A DNA stretch of 64,000 nucleotides, taken from the NCBI GenBank assembly GCA_043803405.1, contig JAZDKB010000004.1, forward strand, positions 155,617 to 219,616, given 5' to 3'. Both the position numbers and the translations under genes were made by a program. Of the stretch, positions 19,602 through 30,038 are shown piece by piece (position 1 is the first letter of the stretch; each line of letters opens with the position of its first letter). A model generated the notes under the pieces. The model made no database searches, was not told the origin of the DNA, and saw only the letters and a program-made list of their open reading frames with translations. This stretch comes from Spirochaetota bacterium (GTDB lineage Bacteria; Spirochaetota; UBA4802; JAFGDQ01).

Positions 19602-20360
19602 CTATGCGATAAGTTTCTCTTTTTTATCAAAGTAAAACCATCCTGCTAAGCCGCATATAACGAAAATTATGCCAATTACCTGAGCCTGCGAAAGAGCATC
19701 GAAAAATACCTGGGGATTTATTCTTATAAATTCCACGAGAAATCTCGGCAGCCCGCTTAAAATCAGAAAAGCTGAAAATAGCTTCCCTGTAGCTAGATTT
19801 TTTTTTCTCAAATTCAATAATATGCCTACTGCAATAAACGAGAAAAACACTTCGAACAATGGCGTAGGGTACACGGTAATTGATGATGGTACCAGCCCGT
19901 TAGGGTATGGAGTAGCGAAGATACCGGCTGTCTCTTTGCCGAAGCAACCGTCGCCTGCTATGTGGCATCCGAAACGGCCGAAACAATATCCGAGCGCCAT
20001 TGATGGGGAAGATGCATCGAAAATATTCAGCACGCTTTCTTTGCTTTTCCTTATTACGAAGAAAGCGAGAAGAAATGATAGTATATATCCTCCGAAAGCG
20101 GATAAGCCTGCGCCCGAAAACAGCATTCCCAGCGGATCTGCAGCAAAGTCGTTCAGATGATCCAGTATGTGAAATATTTTTGAGCCTACTATTCCCCCGG
20201 GAATTGCAACAAGCAGAATCCTGTATGCCAGTTCCGGATTAATATTCCTCAGTTTATATTCTCTTTCAAGAAGCAGGAACGATAAATAAAATCCCAGTCC
20301 CAGCATTATGCCGTACCCGCCGATCGTTATAAATTTGTATTGAAATAGAACAGGGAACAT
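19602..20360 (-). CDS. lgt: Prolipoprotein diacylglyceryl transferase
   Basis: MFPVLF..YG start, GRFGC.AGDGCFG, YPTPLFE, RFLVEFIR. Confidence 0.9.
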   Translation of the reverse strand: MFPVLFQYKFITIGGYGIMLGLGFYLSFLLLEREYKLRNINPELAYRILLVAIPGGIVGSKIFHILDHLNDFAADPLGMLFSGAGLSAFGGYILSFLLAFFVIRKSKESVLNIFDASSPSMALGYCFGRFGCHIAGDGCFGKETAGIFATPYPNGLVPSSITVYPTPLFEVFFSFIAVGILLNLRKKNLATGKLFSAFLILSGLPRFLVEFIRINPQVFFDALSQAQVIGIIFVICGLAGWFYFDKKEKLIA

Positions 20361-20588
20361 TTTATTTGCTTTTCTCCGGGAGAGTTTAAAAAGTATTGAA
20401 TTCTTATCTTGAAATTAAATATTGTCCCAAATAATTAATGTCAAGGACAATTTATGGGTATGAATTATGCTAATATTATCGAAATATTATTGACATTATA
20501 TACTGCAATATTTAATTTGTGACTCAATTGAAATTTTAATTATTTTTTGTTAAATAAATTATAAATTTAGTAAAATTGGAGTCCCCCA

Positions 20589-21374
20589 ATGAAAATAGTA
20601 GTTTGTATTAAACAAGTTCCAGATATGGAATCAAAATTTGTCGTTGCCAATAACAAGGTCGACGAATCGCAAATCGCATTCAAAATGAACGATTTTGACG
20701 AATTTGCAGTAGAAGCGGCGCTGCAGCTTAAAGAAAAAGCGGGCGGCGAGGTTGTCATTGTATCAGTAGGCCCCGAAAGAATAGTAAAAGACATCAGACA
20801 GGCTTTTGCAATGGGAGCCGACTGGGGCGTTCATGTTAATGATCCGCAGATTGATGCAGGCGACAGTTTTGTTGTAGCTTCGGCTATTCAGAAAACAGTC
20901 GCAAAAATAGGCGGAGCGGATTTAATCCTGACCGGCGTTATGAGCAATGATAATCAAAACGCGCTGACAGGCGTAATGGTTGCGGATATGCTTAATATGC
21001 CTCATTGCACCAACATTGTTAAGCTTGTATTAGGAGGAGATTCAAAATCGATTACCGTAAACAGAGAACTCGAAGGCGGGTTGAATGAAGTAGTTGAAAT
21101 GCCTCTCCCCGCAGTATTGTCAATTCAGTCCGGTATTAACCAGCCGAGATATCCCACACTGCCTGGCATCATGAAAGCCAAGAAAAAGAAGCTTGATGTA
21201 ATGAAAGCTTCGGATATAGGCCTTGCGGAACTTGGAGCAGCAGGATCAAAAACCGAAATGGTAAAAATGTTTATACCGGTTTCTGAGCATAAAGCGGAGA
21301 TACTGAAGGGTGATGCTAAAACAGCAGCAGCTGCTCTTGTAAATAAACTGAAAAATGAAGCTAAGGTAATATAG
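20589..21374 (+). CDS. etfB: Electron transfer flavoprotein beta subunit
   Basis: MKIVVCIKQVPD, DEFAVEAAL, NQPRYPTLPGIMKAKKK. Confidence 0.95.
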   Translation: MKIVVCIKQVPDMESKFVVANNKVDESQIAFKMNDFDEFAVEAALQLKEKAGGEVVIVSVGPERIVKDIRQAFAMGADWGVHVNDPQIDAGDSFVVASAIQKTVAKIGGADLILTGVMSNDNQNALTGVMVADMLNMPHCTNIVKLVLGGDSKSITVNRELEGGLNEVVEMPLPAVLSIQSGINQPRYPTLPGIMKAKKKKLDVMKASDIGLAELGAAGSKTEMVKMFIPVSEHKAEILKGDAKTAAAALVNKLKNEAKVI

Positions 21375-21385
21375 GAGGACCGACA

Positions 21386-22342
21386 ATGTCAAAAATATTA
21401 ATTATAGCAGAGCATAGAAAAGGTAAATTAAGCGACGGAACTCTTGAGCTGTGCAAAGTGGCAAAACAGATAGCCGCAGCAACCGGCAATACGGCAGCAG
21501 CTGCAGTATTTGCAAAAGACGACAGCATCGCAAAAGAACTTTCAAAGTATATACCCGAAGTTTTATCGGCAGTAGATGCGAACTTCGAGTTTTATACAGC
21601 AGATACATATACCCAGGCAATTAAATCGGTTGCAGAGGGCAATGATGTTAAGGGCGTTGTTATTTCTCACAGCTATGACGGCGTTGATTTTGCAGGCAAA
21701 GTTGCAATGGCTCTCGGAGTTGGTATTGTATCAGGATGCAACAAAGTTGAAGCAGCCGGCGGCAAGCTTGTTTTAACAAGAAACATTTATAACGGCAAAC
21801 TTCAGGAACAAAGATCAATTAAAACAGATAAATTCGTTATAACAATTGAAAAAGGCGCATGGGATAAGGAAGCAGCAGGAGCAGAAGGCGCTGTTAAACC
21901 GGTATCTGTTACAGTTGGCGCTTCCAGAACAAAAGTTAAAGAACTTGTTGAAACAACAAAGGGTTCTGTTGATATATCTCAGGCAAAAATAATAGTATCG
22001 GGCGGTAGAGGAACAAAAGACGCCGACAAGTACAAAGCTACGGTAGTGGCTCTGGCTCAGAAGCTTAAAGGCGAATACGGCGCATCGAGAGCAGCAGTAG
22101 ATGCAGGCTGGACAGACCATGCCCGTCAGGTAGGACAATCAGGGAAAACAGTTGCTCCTGACCTGTATTTGGCGCTGGGAATATCCGGTGCGATTCAGCA
22201 CGTTGCAGGCATGAAAAGCTCTAAATGCATAGTAGCTGTAAATAAGGATCCCGAAGCTCCTATATTTAATATTGCTACATACGGAATAGTGGGAGATCTT
22301 TTTGAAGTTGTTCCGGCTATGATAGAAGAATTGAATAAATAA
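21386..22342 (+). CDS. etfA: Electron transfer flavoprotein alpha subunit
   Basis: SGGRG, QVGQSGKTVAP, GISGAIQHVAGM FAD-binding motifs. Confidence 0.95.
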   Translation: MSKILIIAEHRKGKLSDGTLELCKVAKQIAAATGNTAAAAVFAKDDSIAKELSKYIPEVLSAVDANFEFYTADTYTQAIKSVAEGNDVKGVVISHSYDGVDFAGKVAMALGVGIVSGCNKVEAAGGKLVLTRNIYNGKLQEQRSIKTDKFVITIEKGAWDKEAAGAEGAVKPVSVTVGASRTKVKELVETTKGSVDISQAKIIVSGGRGTKDADKYKATVVALAQKLKGEYGASRAAVDAGWTDHARQVGQSGKTVAPDLYLALGISGAIQHVAGMKSSKCIVAVNKDPEAPIFNIATYGIVGDLFEVVPAMIEELNK

Positions 22343-22373
22343 GTAAATATAAATCATTAAACGAAGGCTTTTA

Positions 22374-22407
22374 AAAACGATGGGTTGCGTAACGCACCCA
22401 TCGTTTT
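22374..22407 (+). terminator. Rho-independent terminator after etfBA
   Basis: AAAACGATGGGT-TGCGTAACGC-ACCCATCGTTTT hairpin followed by a T run. Confidence 0.75.
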
Positions 22408-22664
22408 ATGTTTTTGCCTGTTAGCCGGTAAACTGCCACATTGAAAATAGTGAATGAATTGATATTTTATAATTGAATTCCATATCAAAATTTTTTGCGG
22501 AATCAGGCCTTTCTATGCAGCTTTTTTGTGTTTTAAAAGGCTTTTGCTTTAGGCCTGAAAGGCGTCCTCAAAAATTTTGATATGGAATTCAATTATTGAC
22601 ACTATTAACTACTAAAGCCAAATGTGATGCTGTAGTAGCCCGGTTAATGCCTGGTAATATGATT

Positions 22665-23369
22665 TTAGAAAGTGCAAAGCATAAATCCTGCGCGGGCTGT
22701 GGCATTGTAAAGATGGTATTGGGCGTCTTCTTCACTATCCGAGATGAGATTGGTAAAATGATATTCACCGACACACGATATAAAAAAACGCGTAAATTTT
22801 GTTATCCTGAATAATATTTCAATTCCGCCTCCGGCACCAACCTGACAGTACCCAAGATGTTTTTGTATGTTTTCACTGCTTTGATTATTGGTTTCTTTCA
22901 TATATGATTCCGCAATATATGAAAGATTTATCCCGGTAAGTAAGTTTAAAATCACAGCTCCGGAACCGAATGAAGTAATCAGATAAAAAGGAACTGTAAA
23001 TATATTTGATTTGATTTTATGGTCAGTGGGAGAATCTGTCTTTTCCTCGGAAAATTTTGCTTCTAAATTAAAATGCGAAAACCAGATACCTGAATGCAGG
23101 CCGAAAGTGCCCGTAAACATCCTCTCATACACTAATCCGCCGCCGTATCCGAAACCATGACCCCAATTCATGTGTTCTTCGCCAACAGCATTGACGTCAT
23201 AGTATCCGAATAAGCCGCCTGCTCCGATCCGTACTTTAGGCGTATCGGTTTCGCTTTCCAGCGCACAGGAGTTACTCGGAGTGTACAGCAATGCTGTAAT
23301 AAGAGAAAATGCAGCTATTGAATATTTTATAAATAATTTCGATTTATTTAAAAAATCACTATGATTCAT
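22665..23369 (-). CDS. Outer membrane beta-barrel protein
   Basis: Signal peptide, alternating aromatic/Gly beta-strands, C-terminal Phe. Confidence 0.7.
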   Translation of the reverse strand: MNHSDFLNKSKLFIKYSIAAFSLITALLYTPSNSCALESETDTPKVRIGAGGLFGYYDVNAVGEEHMNWGHGFGYGGGLVYERMFTGTFGLHSGIWFSHFNLEAKFSEEKTDSPTDHKIKSNIFTVPFYLITSFGSGAVILNLLTGINLSYIAESYMKETNNQSSENIQKHLGYCQVGAGGGIEILFRITKFTRFFISCVGEYHFTNLISDSEEDAQYHLYNATARAGFMLCTF

Positions 23370-23721
23370 TTTTTGTATTCATTATACAGGTGCCGTTAAA
23401 CTGGCAGCCTTTCTCTATATAGATATCCGGGGTTACTAGGTCGCAGTTGATCCGGCTATTGCTGAAAAGTTCAATGGATTTATCGGCCTTAATGCTGCCG
23501 GAAACATGGCCGTTTACGGATACTATACCTGCTTTTATTGATGAACTTATGTTCGCTTCCTGGCCAATAATTAAATGGCCGTCTGTTTCTATTTGACCTT
23601 CAAAAGTGCCTTTTATCTTTAATGAATTTTTAAATAGAATTTTACCTTTAAAATCTATATCATCTGCAATTACTGTATCGATCTTATTTTCATCTTCAAC
23701 AATTTCATTGATTTCAGTCAT
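23359..23721 (-). CDS. Bactofilin (polymer-forming cytoskeletal protein)
   Basis: TVIADDIDFKGKI...LKIKGTFEGQI...IEKGCQFNGTCIM beta-helix pattern. Confidence 0.9.
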   Translation of the reverse strand: MTEINEIVEDENKIDTVIADDIDFKGKILFKNSLKIKGTFEGQIETDGHLIIGQEANISSSIKAGIVSVNGHVSGSIKADKSIELFSNSRINCDLVTPDIYIEKGCQFNGTCIMNTKNES

Positions 23722-24251
23722 TCTGCCCTCGATTTGTATTTAATTTATACAGTCGGTGTTATACTCGCATAGTATTAATCAGCATATTAAATATGTCAAA
23801 TAAAATTGATTCTGCTTTAAAGAATTTAACATTCGATATAGCGGGGTTAGGGGGTGAGCCAATAAAAGAGACGCCCTTAACTTAATGACATTGAGGATTA
23901 GGGATGCACTTTAATTAATATTTTTAAAATATGCTTGCAAAATTGTTTGGTGCAAATAATTCTGCCATTTGTATTTTTGTCTGTACGAAATAATAAAAAA
24001 AATATTTTTTTATTATTTAAAAGAAATATGCAGTCAAGAAGCTGCGTAATACATTATTAATAACAAACGGCAAAAAAATTTCTTTTTTTTGCAACTTCTT
24101 TAACGGAAATATTGTACTTAAAGTAATGAGATTTGTTTTGCGCCTATCGGCTATAAAAACGATAGGCGACTAAATTATTTTTTCAAGGTAAGTTCGACAT
24201 TTGCGCCGGGGATGGCGCGCAAAACAGATCGGCAATATCTTGAATCTGAAA

Positions 24252-24338
24252 ACCCCGCGTGCCCCGAAGGTCTCCCGCAGGCTTGACACCAGTCCTGCTT
24301 CGGCGAGAGCATCGGCAGTTTGCTGCGGGGAATTTTAT
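24252..24338. repeat. GC-rich nested palindrome; related copy at 52339-52404
   Basis: ACCCCGC...AGTTTGCTGCGGGGAATTTTAT enclosing an internal hairpin. Confidence 0.55.
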
Positions 24339-24355
24339 TATAGAACGGGAAAAAA

Positions 24356-26227
24356 ATGGCAAATTTGTTAGTAGAAAAAAGGGATATAGATTTTGTACTG
24401 TATGAACAGTTCAATATAGCAGACCTGATCAAAAATGCAAGATTTTCTCACTGCTCTAAAGAGGACTTTGATATGATAATAGAGCATGCGCTTAAATTCG
24501 CAGAGAACGTACTGGCACCCATTAACAGGGAAGGCGACGAACTGGGCGCTGTGTGGGAAAACGGCGAAGTCAGATTGCCCGAGTCGGCCAGGAAGGCGCT
24601 AAAGGAATTCGGGGAAGCGGGCTGGGTTTCCATGACCGACGATTTCGAGTCCGGCGGGCAGCAGCTCCCCATGAGCGTATACGCTGCAGCATACGAAATG
24701 TTTTTCGCTGCAAACGCCGGTCTTGCTCTGTACCCCTGCCTTACACACGGCGCAGGTAAAATGGTAGATCTTTTCGGCACCGACGAACAGAAGAATAAGT
24801 ATCTTGAAAAACTATTTACATTCGACTGGTGCGGTACAATGTGCCTTACTGAAACCGGCGCCGGAAGCGATCTCGCTCACGTAACCACTAAAGCCGTGAA
24901 AGCCGACGACAAGCGTTATAAAATAACCGGACAAAAAATATTCATTTCGAGCGGCGAGAACGACGCAAAGGAAAATATAATACATCCGGTGCTTGCAAGG
25001 ATTGAAGGCGATCCCAGGGGCATAAAAGGGATTTCAATATTCCTCGTTCCAAAGTACAGGCTTAAAGAAGACGGCACTCCGGGCGAATTCAACGATGTAC
25101 ACTGCACTGGCATTGAGCATAAAATGGGATTGCATGTTTCATCGAGCGCTCAGCTTTCTTTCGGAGACAACAATGAGTGCTTCGGCGAACTGCTCGGCGA
25201 GCCCCGCCAGGGTATCCTGATCATGTTCCACATGATGAACGAAGAGCGCTACGTTGTAGGTTTGCAGGCGCTGGGTCTTTCTTCCGCAGCTTACCTGAAC
25301 GCGCTGAATTATGCAAGGCAAAGGCTTCAGGGCACGGATATTTCCCGTAAGGGCGCATCAATGGAACTTGTCCCTATCATCAAACACCCGGACATAAGAC
25401 GTAGCCTGCTTTTCATGAAATCGTATGTTGAAGGTCTGAGAGCCCTTAATTATTTCAACGCTCTTTGCATGGATAAAAGCAAATCTGAAACCGATGAGAA
25501 CGAGAAAAAGATATATTCCGGACTTGTAGAATTTTTCACGCCAATATCCAAGGCATATACCACGGATTGGGTATGGGATATTACCGAACAGGCAATTCAG
25601 ATATACGGTGGCTATGGATATTGCCAGGATTACCCGGTTGAACAGTTCGCAAGAGACAGTAAAATATTATCGCTATACGAAGGCACAAACGGCATACAGG
25701 CAATTGATCTCCTGTCGCGAAAGCTGGGTCTTCAGAATGGCAAAGTCTTTAAACATATTTTAAATGAAATTGATAAAACCGTTAACGAAGCCATGAAAGA
25801 TGAATCTTTGAAAAGATATGCGCGTATTGTTATTGACGCCAAAAGCAGCCTGATAAAAGCTGCTGATCATCTGACGGGGCTGATTAATGCCGGTAAAGTT
25901 CATAACGCGTTTTTAAGCGCGACGCCGTTTTTGGAGGTTGTAGGCGATACACTGCTCGGCTGGATGCATTTATGGCAGCTGATGATCGTGAATAAAAAGT
26001 TAAATATAATTTTCACTGAAAAGAACGCGAAAAGCAAAGAAGATAAAATAAAAATAAAAAATGAAAATAAAGAAGCTGCTTTTTATTCAGGGAAAGAGCA
26101 TTCGGCCAGGTTTTTTATTACGAAAGTGCTGCCTTTGCAGAAATCCAAAGTAGAAACAATTTTAAATGAGGATACCGACGCTCTTGATATTGAAGGCGTA
26201 TCTTTCGGCGAAGAAATGAATAATTAG
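24356..26227 (+). CDS. Acyl-CoA dehydrogenase (long, FadE5-like type)
   Basis: MCLTETGAGSDL, GQKIFIS, EHKMGL, YGGYGY, YEGTNGIQA. Confidence 0.93.
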   Translation: MANLLVEKRDIDFVLYEQFNIADLIKNARFSHCSKEDFDMIIEHALKFAENVLAPINREGDELGAVWENGEVRLPESARKALKEFGEAGWVSMTDDFESGGQQLPMSVYAAAYEMFFAANAGLALYPCLTHGAGKMVDLFGTDEQKNKYLEKLFTFDWCGTMCLTETGAGSDLAHVTTKAVKADDKRYKITGQKIFISSGENDAKENIIHPVLARIEGDPRGIKGISIFLVPKYRLKEDGTPGEFNDVHCTGIEHKMGLHVSSSAQLSFGDNNECFGELLGEPRQGILIMFHMMNEERYVVGLQALGLSSAAYLNALNYARQRLQGTDISRKGASMELVPIIKHPDIRRSLLFMKSYVEGLRALNYFNALCMDKSKSETDENEKKIYSGLVEFFTPISKAYTTDWVWDITEQAIQIYGGYGYCQDYPVEQFARDSKILSLYEGTNGIQAIDLLSRKLGLQNGKVFKHILNEIDKTVNEAMKDESLKRYARIVIDAKSSLIKAADHLTGLINAGKVHNAFLSATPFLEVVGDTLLGWMHLWQLMIVNKKLNIIFTEKNAKSKEDKIKIKNENKEAAFYSGKEHSARFFITKVLPLQKSKVETILNEDTDALDIEGVSFGEEMNN

Positions 26228-26261
26228 TAAAATATATAAATATAATTACGGAGATTCCGGG

Positions 26262-26651
26262 ATGGAAGAGATTTTAAAAAAAGCGAATGAACTCGGCCTT
26301 ATGATAAAAGGCAGTGAAATAACTCAAAGACTGGAAGAAATAACAAAAAGACTGGATCAGGATAATGAAGCCAAAAAGATGGTTGATGAGTATATTAAAC
26401 TTAGCCAGGACCTTCAGAGAAAAGAGACAGCCGGCATATTAATTGAGGATGATGAGAATAAAAAGATTCAGGAACTGAGTGAAAAAATGTCGGTAAATGA
26501 GATTATTAAAGAGTATATTGCAACTCAGAATTATTTTATGAATATGATGATGCAGGTTCAAAATGTAATTTCTGATCCCAAGGGAGAGCCGATAAAAGAG
26601 TCTAAAATAATTACTCCGGGCAGTTCAGGAAAAATATTCACAGGAATATAA
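26262..26651 (+). CDS. YlbF/YmcA family regulator
   Basis: KANELGLMIKGSE start, helical fold pattern and size typical of YlbF. Confidence 0.7.
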   Translation: MEEILKKANELGLMIKGSEITQRLEEITKRLDQDNEAKKMVDEYIKLSQDLQRKETAGILIEDDENKKIQELSEKMSVNEIIKEYIATQNYFMNMMMQVQNVISDPKGEPIKESKIITPGSSGKIFTGI

Positions 26652-26721
26652 ATCTATATTTTAACAGGATTATAAGTTTGTCATTTATTTTAATAATATG
26701 ATAAGCACTGTTTTAGTTTTT

Positions 26722-26744
26722 GTATGGCGGATCATGATCCGCCC
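26722..26744. repeat. REP-like palindrome between convergent genes
   Basis: GTAT followed by the perfect palindrome GGCGGATCATGATCCGCC. Confidence 0.55.
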
Positions 26745-26765
26745 TTGTCGGTATTTCGTAGCTTT

Positions 26766-27284
26766 TTAGCTGTGCTCCAGAATTTCAATCAAATCGAGTT
26801 TGATCTTTGCCTGGTACGCAAAATTGGAATCCGGATGTTCTTCGATAAGCGATAGAAAGATTTGTTTTGCGTTATCAAGAAAGCCCATTTTCTGGTAGCA
26901 GATACCGGACATGAAATACGCTTCTATTCCTTCTTCAGAATTGCTGTATTCTTCGTATAAAGAGTTAAAAGACTTAATCGACTTAATATAATTAAATTGC
27001 TCAAAATAAATTAGTGCAACATTCTTATAAGCTTCCTTCCTGTGTGCTCCATTAATATATATCTCAAGATATTCGGTAAAAAGCATTAACGCTGTATCGT
27101 ATTTTTTTAATTTATAAAATTCATTGGCGTTCGCGAACTGAGTATGATCTGTAAATCTCCCTAAATCAATCTTTTCTTCTTTTGCTTTCGGTTCTGCAGG
27201 CGCTTGTGCCTGTGTCTGTGAAAACAGACCTGGTTCTGTAGTGCAAAATAAAAGCAGCAGAATAATATTTATTGTAATTTTCAT
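26766..27284 (-). CDS. Secreted TPR protein (BamD/CpoB-like)
   Basis: Signal peptide; TPR motifs (AYFMSGICYQKMG, LIEEHPDS). Confidence 0.75.
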   Translation of the reverse strand: MKITINIILLLLFCTTEPGLFSQTQAQAPAEPKAKEEKIDLGRFTDHTQFANANEFYKLKKYDTALMLFTEYLEIYINGAHRKEAYKNVALIYFEQFNYIKSIKSFNSLYEEYSNSEEGIEAYFMSGICYQKMGFLDNAKQIFLSLIEEHPDSNFAYQAKIKLDLIEILEHS

Positions 27285-27433
27285 GTTTGCGTTTTTACTC
27301 TTGGGATTCTATGCCGGAAATTTCAGGCTCATGTTGTATTATCGGCCTGATAAAGGCGGATTTTGACTTAAAAATCATGACTTCTGCAAAGCACTTTTGT
27401 AAGCGCTATTGGTTAAAGTGATCGTAAATACAG

Positions 27434-28288
27434 CTAGCCCTTCTTGAGGTGCATAAGCACTGTTTCATCCATTTTAAATGCATGTTCCTGCTTTGGAAAT
27501 TCTCCATTTGTAACTTCTTTAATATAGGATTTAACTGCTTCTTCTATAAGGGGATACAGGCTGGCGTATTGCTTTACGAACTTCGGCACAAATTTCTCAA
27601 ACAGGCCGAGCATGTCGTTTATTACGAGCACCTGCCCGTCGCAGAATGCCCCTGCGCCGATACCGATTGTCGGTATATTAATACTTTCAGTGATGAGCTT
27701 TGACAATAGTTCAGGAACACATTCCAGAACGAGCATGCATGCGCCCGCTTCTTCCACTGCAATTGCTGAATCTAAGAGGTGCTGCGCGGTCTCGACATCC
27801 TTTCCCTGCACTATGCCGTCAAGCGAGCCCGCAGTCTGCGGCGTATAACCTATATGCCCCACAACCGGTATACCGATATCCGCAAGGCTGTAAATAGTAT
27901 CAGCCATGTGAACGCCGCCTTCAAGCTTAACTGCATCGCAGCCGGCTTCTTTCATAAAACGGCCTGCGTTTTTAATGGCTTCCTCGATGGATACATGGTA
28001 GGACATAAAAGGCATGTCTCCGATCAGGAAAGCATATTTTACTCCGCGGCGCACTGCTTTGCAGTGATGCAGCATTTCTTCCATTGTAACGGGAACCGTA
28101 CTGTCGTAGCCGAGGATCACATTGCCGAGGGAATCTCCGACTAATACCGTATCAATTCCCGATTTATCCAGAACCGTTGCGATCGAATAATCATAGGCCG
28201 TAAGCATGGATATTTTTTCGCCTTTTGCTTTTTTATCTCTTAAAAACATAGGGGTAATTTTTTTTCTTTCAGTATTTTTATGAGTCAT
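27434..28288 (-). CDS. panB: 3-methyl-2-oxobutanoate hydroxymethyltransferase
   Basis: MLTAYD, LVGDSLG, DMPFMSY, VKLEGG, GIGAG..CDGQVLV. Confidence 0.97.
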   Translation of the reverse strand: MTHKNTERKKITPMFLRDKKAKGEKISMLTAYDYSIATVLDKSGIDTVLVGDSLGNVILGYDSTVPVTMEEMLHHCKAVRRGVKYAFLIGDMPFMSYHVSIEEAIKNAGRFMKEAGCDAVKLEGGVHMADTIYSLADIGIPVVGHIGYTPQTAGSLDGIVQGKDVETAQHLLDSAIAVEEAGACMLVLECVPELLSKLITESINIPTIGIGAGAFCDGQVLVINDMLGLFEKFVPKFVKQYASLYPLIEEAVKSYIKEVTNGEFPKQEHAFKMDETVLMHLKKG

Positions 28289-28511
28289 TAGATTCCTCCG
28301 TATATTAACGATTAAATCATCCTGATATAATATTTAATTCTCTGAATTCGTTAATGTCAACTCAATAATTGAGCGATGCTCTCATTGACAATGGCCGGAT
28401 ATCGGGGACTAACCGATATTTTAAAAATTATTCTGGCAATTTGCAGGCATTTAAAATAATGTGACCGTCTTAGCAGCTAAGATAATATTACTTTTAGTTA
28501 AGGAAATCAAT

Positions 28512-29579
28512 ATGAAGATCGGTATAATCGGGTTGCCGAACAGCGGTAAAAAGACATTATTCAAACTTTTAACAGGCGTGCAGGTTGCAGCAGGCGGAGA
28601 ATTAAAATCGATTCCGGGCATTGCGGAGATACGCGACAGCCGCTTTATGTTTTTATCGGGATTATATAAACCGAAGAAAAATGCGCCTGCGCAAATCTCA
28701 ATGGAACTGATGCCCGATCTTGACAGGCGCATTATACAGGAGGGCAATATTTTCAAGGATATTGCTAATCTGGATGCTATATGTTTTGTTGTACGGTCGT
28801 TTAATGACGAGTCCGTTTATCATGTAAACGGATCTGTGGATCCTGTGCGCGATATAGAAGAGATCACAGGTGAGCTTATTCTTCACGATCTTCTGTTTAT
28901 AGAAAAGCGCATGGAACGCATTGCCAAGAACTTAAAGAAAGCGGGCGCGGATCAGTATAAAAAAGAAGAAGCGCTGCTGCTCGCTTTTAAAGAGCATCTT
29001 GAAAAGGATTTACCTTTGCGTACATGTGAAATAACCGAAGAGGATAAAAAGATTATTTTAAGCTATCCGTTCATAACTTTAAAGGATCTGATCATTGTGC
29101 TGAATGCAGGCGATAACGAAATATCCGATATGAAATTAAAAGATATGCTTGGCAGCAAATACGCTGCGCACAGGATTAATATTATGCAGATCTCGGCAAA
29201 GCTTGAGGCGGAGATACAGGCTCTGGAGTCTCCCGAGGAGCGCGCTGAATTCATGGCGGCATCGGGTATAAGCGAGCCTGCGGTAAACCTGCTGACGCAG
29301 CTCTGCATGAAAGCGCTCGGGCTTATTTCGTTTTTTACAGTAGGCGAGGACGAAGTAAAGCAATGGCTCATTAAGAAAGATTCGCTTGCTCCCGAAGCGG
29401 CCGGAGCAATTCACTCCGATATTGAGCGCGGTTTCATCAGGGCAGAGGTCATGAAATATGACGAGTTCGTTTCATATGGCAGTGAGGAGAAATTGAAGCA
29501 GGCAGGCAAATATTATATAATGGGAAAAGACTACGCGGTCGGGGACGCGGACATAATAAATTTCAGGTTTAATGTGTAA
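28512..29579 (+). CDS. ychF: YchF-like Obg-family ATPase with TGS/DUF933 C-terminus (divergent paralogue)
   Basis: MKIGIIGLPNSGK, FFTVGEDEV, AGAIHSDIERGFIRAEV, FRFNV; ATG at 28512 with AGGA RBS. Confidence 0.8.
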   Translation: MKIGIIGLPNSGKKTLFKLLTGVQVAAGGELKSIPGIAEIRDSRFMFLSGLYKPKKNAPAQISMELMPDLDRRIIQEGNIFKDIANLDAICFVVRSFNDESVYHVNGSVDPVRDIEEITGELILHDLLFIEKRMERIAKNLKKAGADQYKKEEALLLAFKEHLEKDLPLRTCEITEEDKKIILSYPFITLKDLIIVLNAGDNEISDMKLKDMLGSKYAAHRINIMQISAKLEAEIQALESPEERAEFMAASGISEPAVNLLTQLCMKALGLISFFTVGEDEVKQWLIKKDSLAPEAAGAIHSDIERGFIRAEVMKYDEFVSYGSEEKLKQAGKYYIMGKDYAVGDADIINFRFNV

Positions 29580-29636
29580 GTATAGTACATGGATTAAGTT
29601 TTAATCCGGCATATAATTATATTGCGTACCGGAGGA

Positions 29637-30038
29637 TTACATTTTACCTTCAAAGAAACTTTTATAATTCATATCCGTCTTTTGAATATGATTTATAAGC
29701 CAGTTGCTCAGGAAATTCATCAGTTCCAGTGAAAAAGTAGATTTACCGGATTTAAGACGTTCGTAAAAATCTTCGACCTGCGAAGTGAGCGAGTCGTGCT
29801 CTTTCTTGTGCGTTACATAATCGGCATATTTGTGTTTCACCATTGAATCTTCTTCATGCTTAAAATGTATCTTTGTGTAATTCACAAGGCCCGTAAGTAT
29901 TTCTGTCATTGTTTTCTGCGCGGTTCCTATCTGCAGCGCATGATTGAGTTTATTGATATAATTTATAAGCTGCTTATGCTCTTCATCAAACGATTTTACA
30001 CCAACGCTTATTTTATCTGTCCACATAATTGGTTCCAT
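29637..30038 (-). CDS. Bacteriohemerythrin
   Basis: W..SVG..DEEH, HFKHEE, HKKEH, WLINHIQKTD iron ligands. Confidence 0.93.
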   Translation of the reverse strand: MEPIMWTDKISVGVKSFDEEHKQLINYINKLNHALQIGTAQKTMTEILTGLVNYTKIHFKHEEDSMVKHKYADYVTHKKEHDSLTSQVEDFYERLKSGKSTFSLELMNFLSNWLINHIQKTDMNYKSFFEGKM

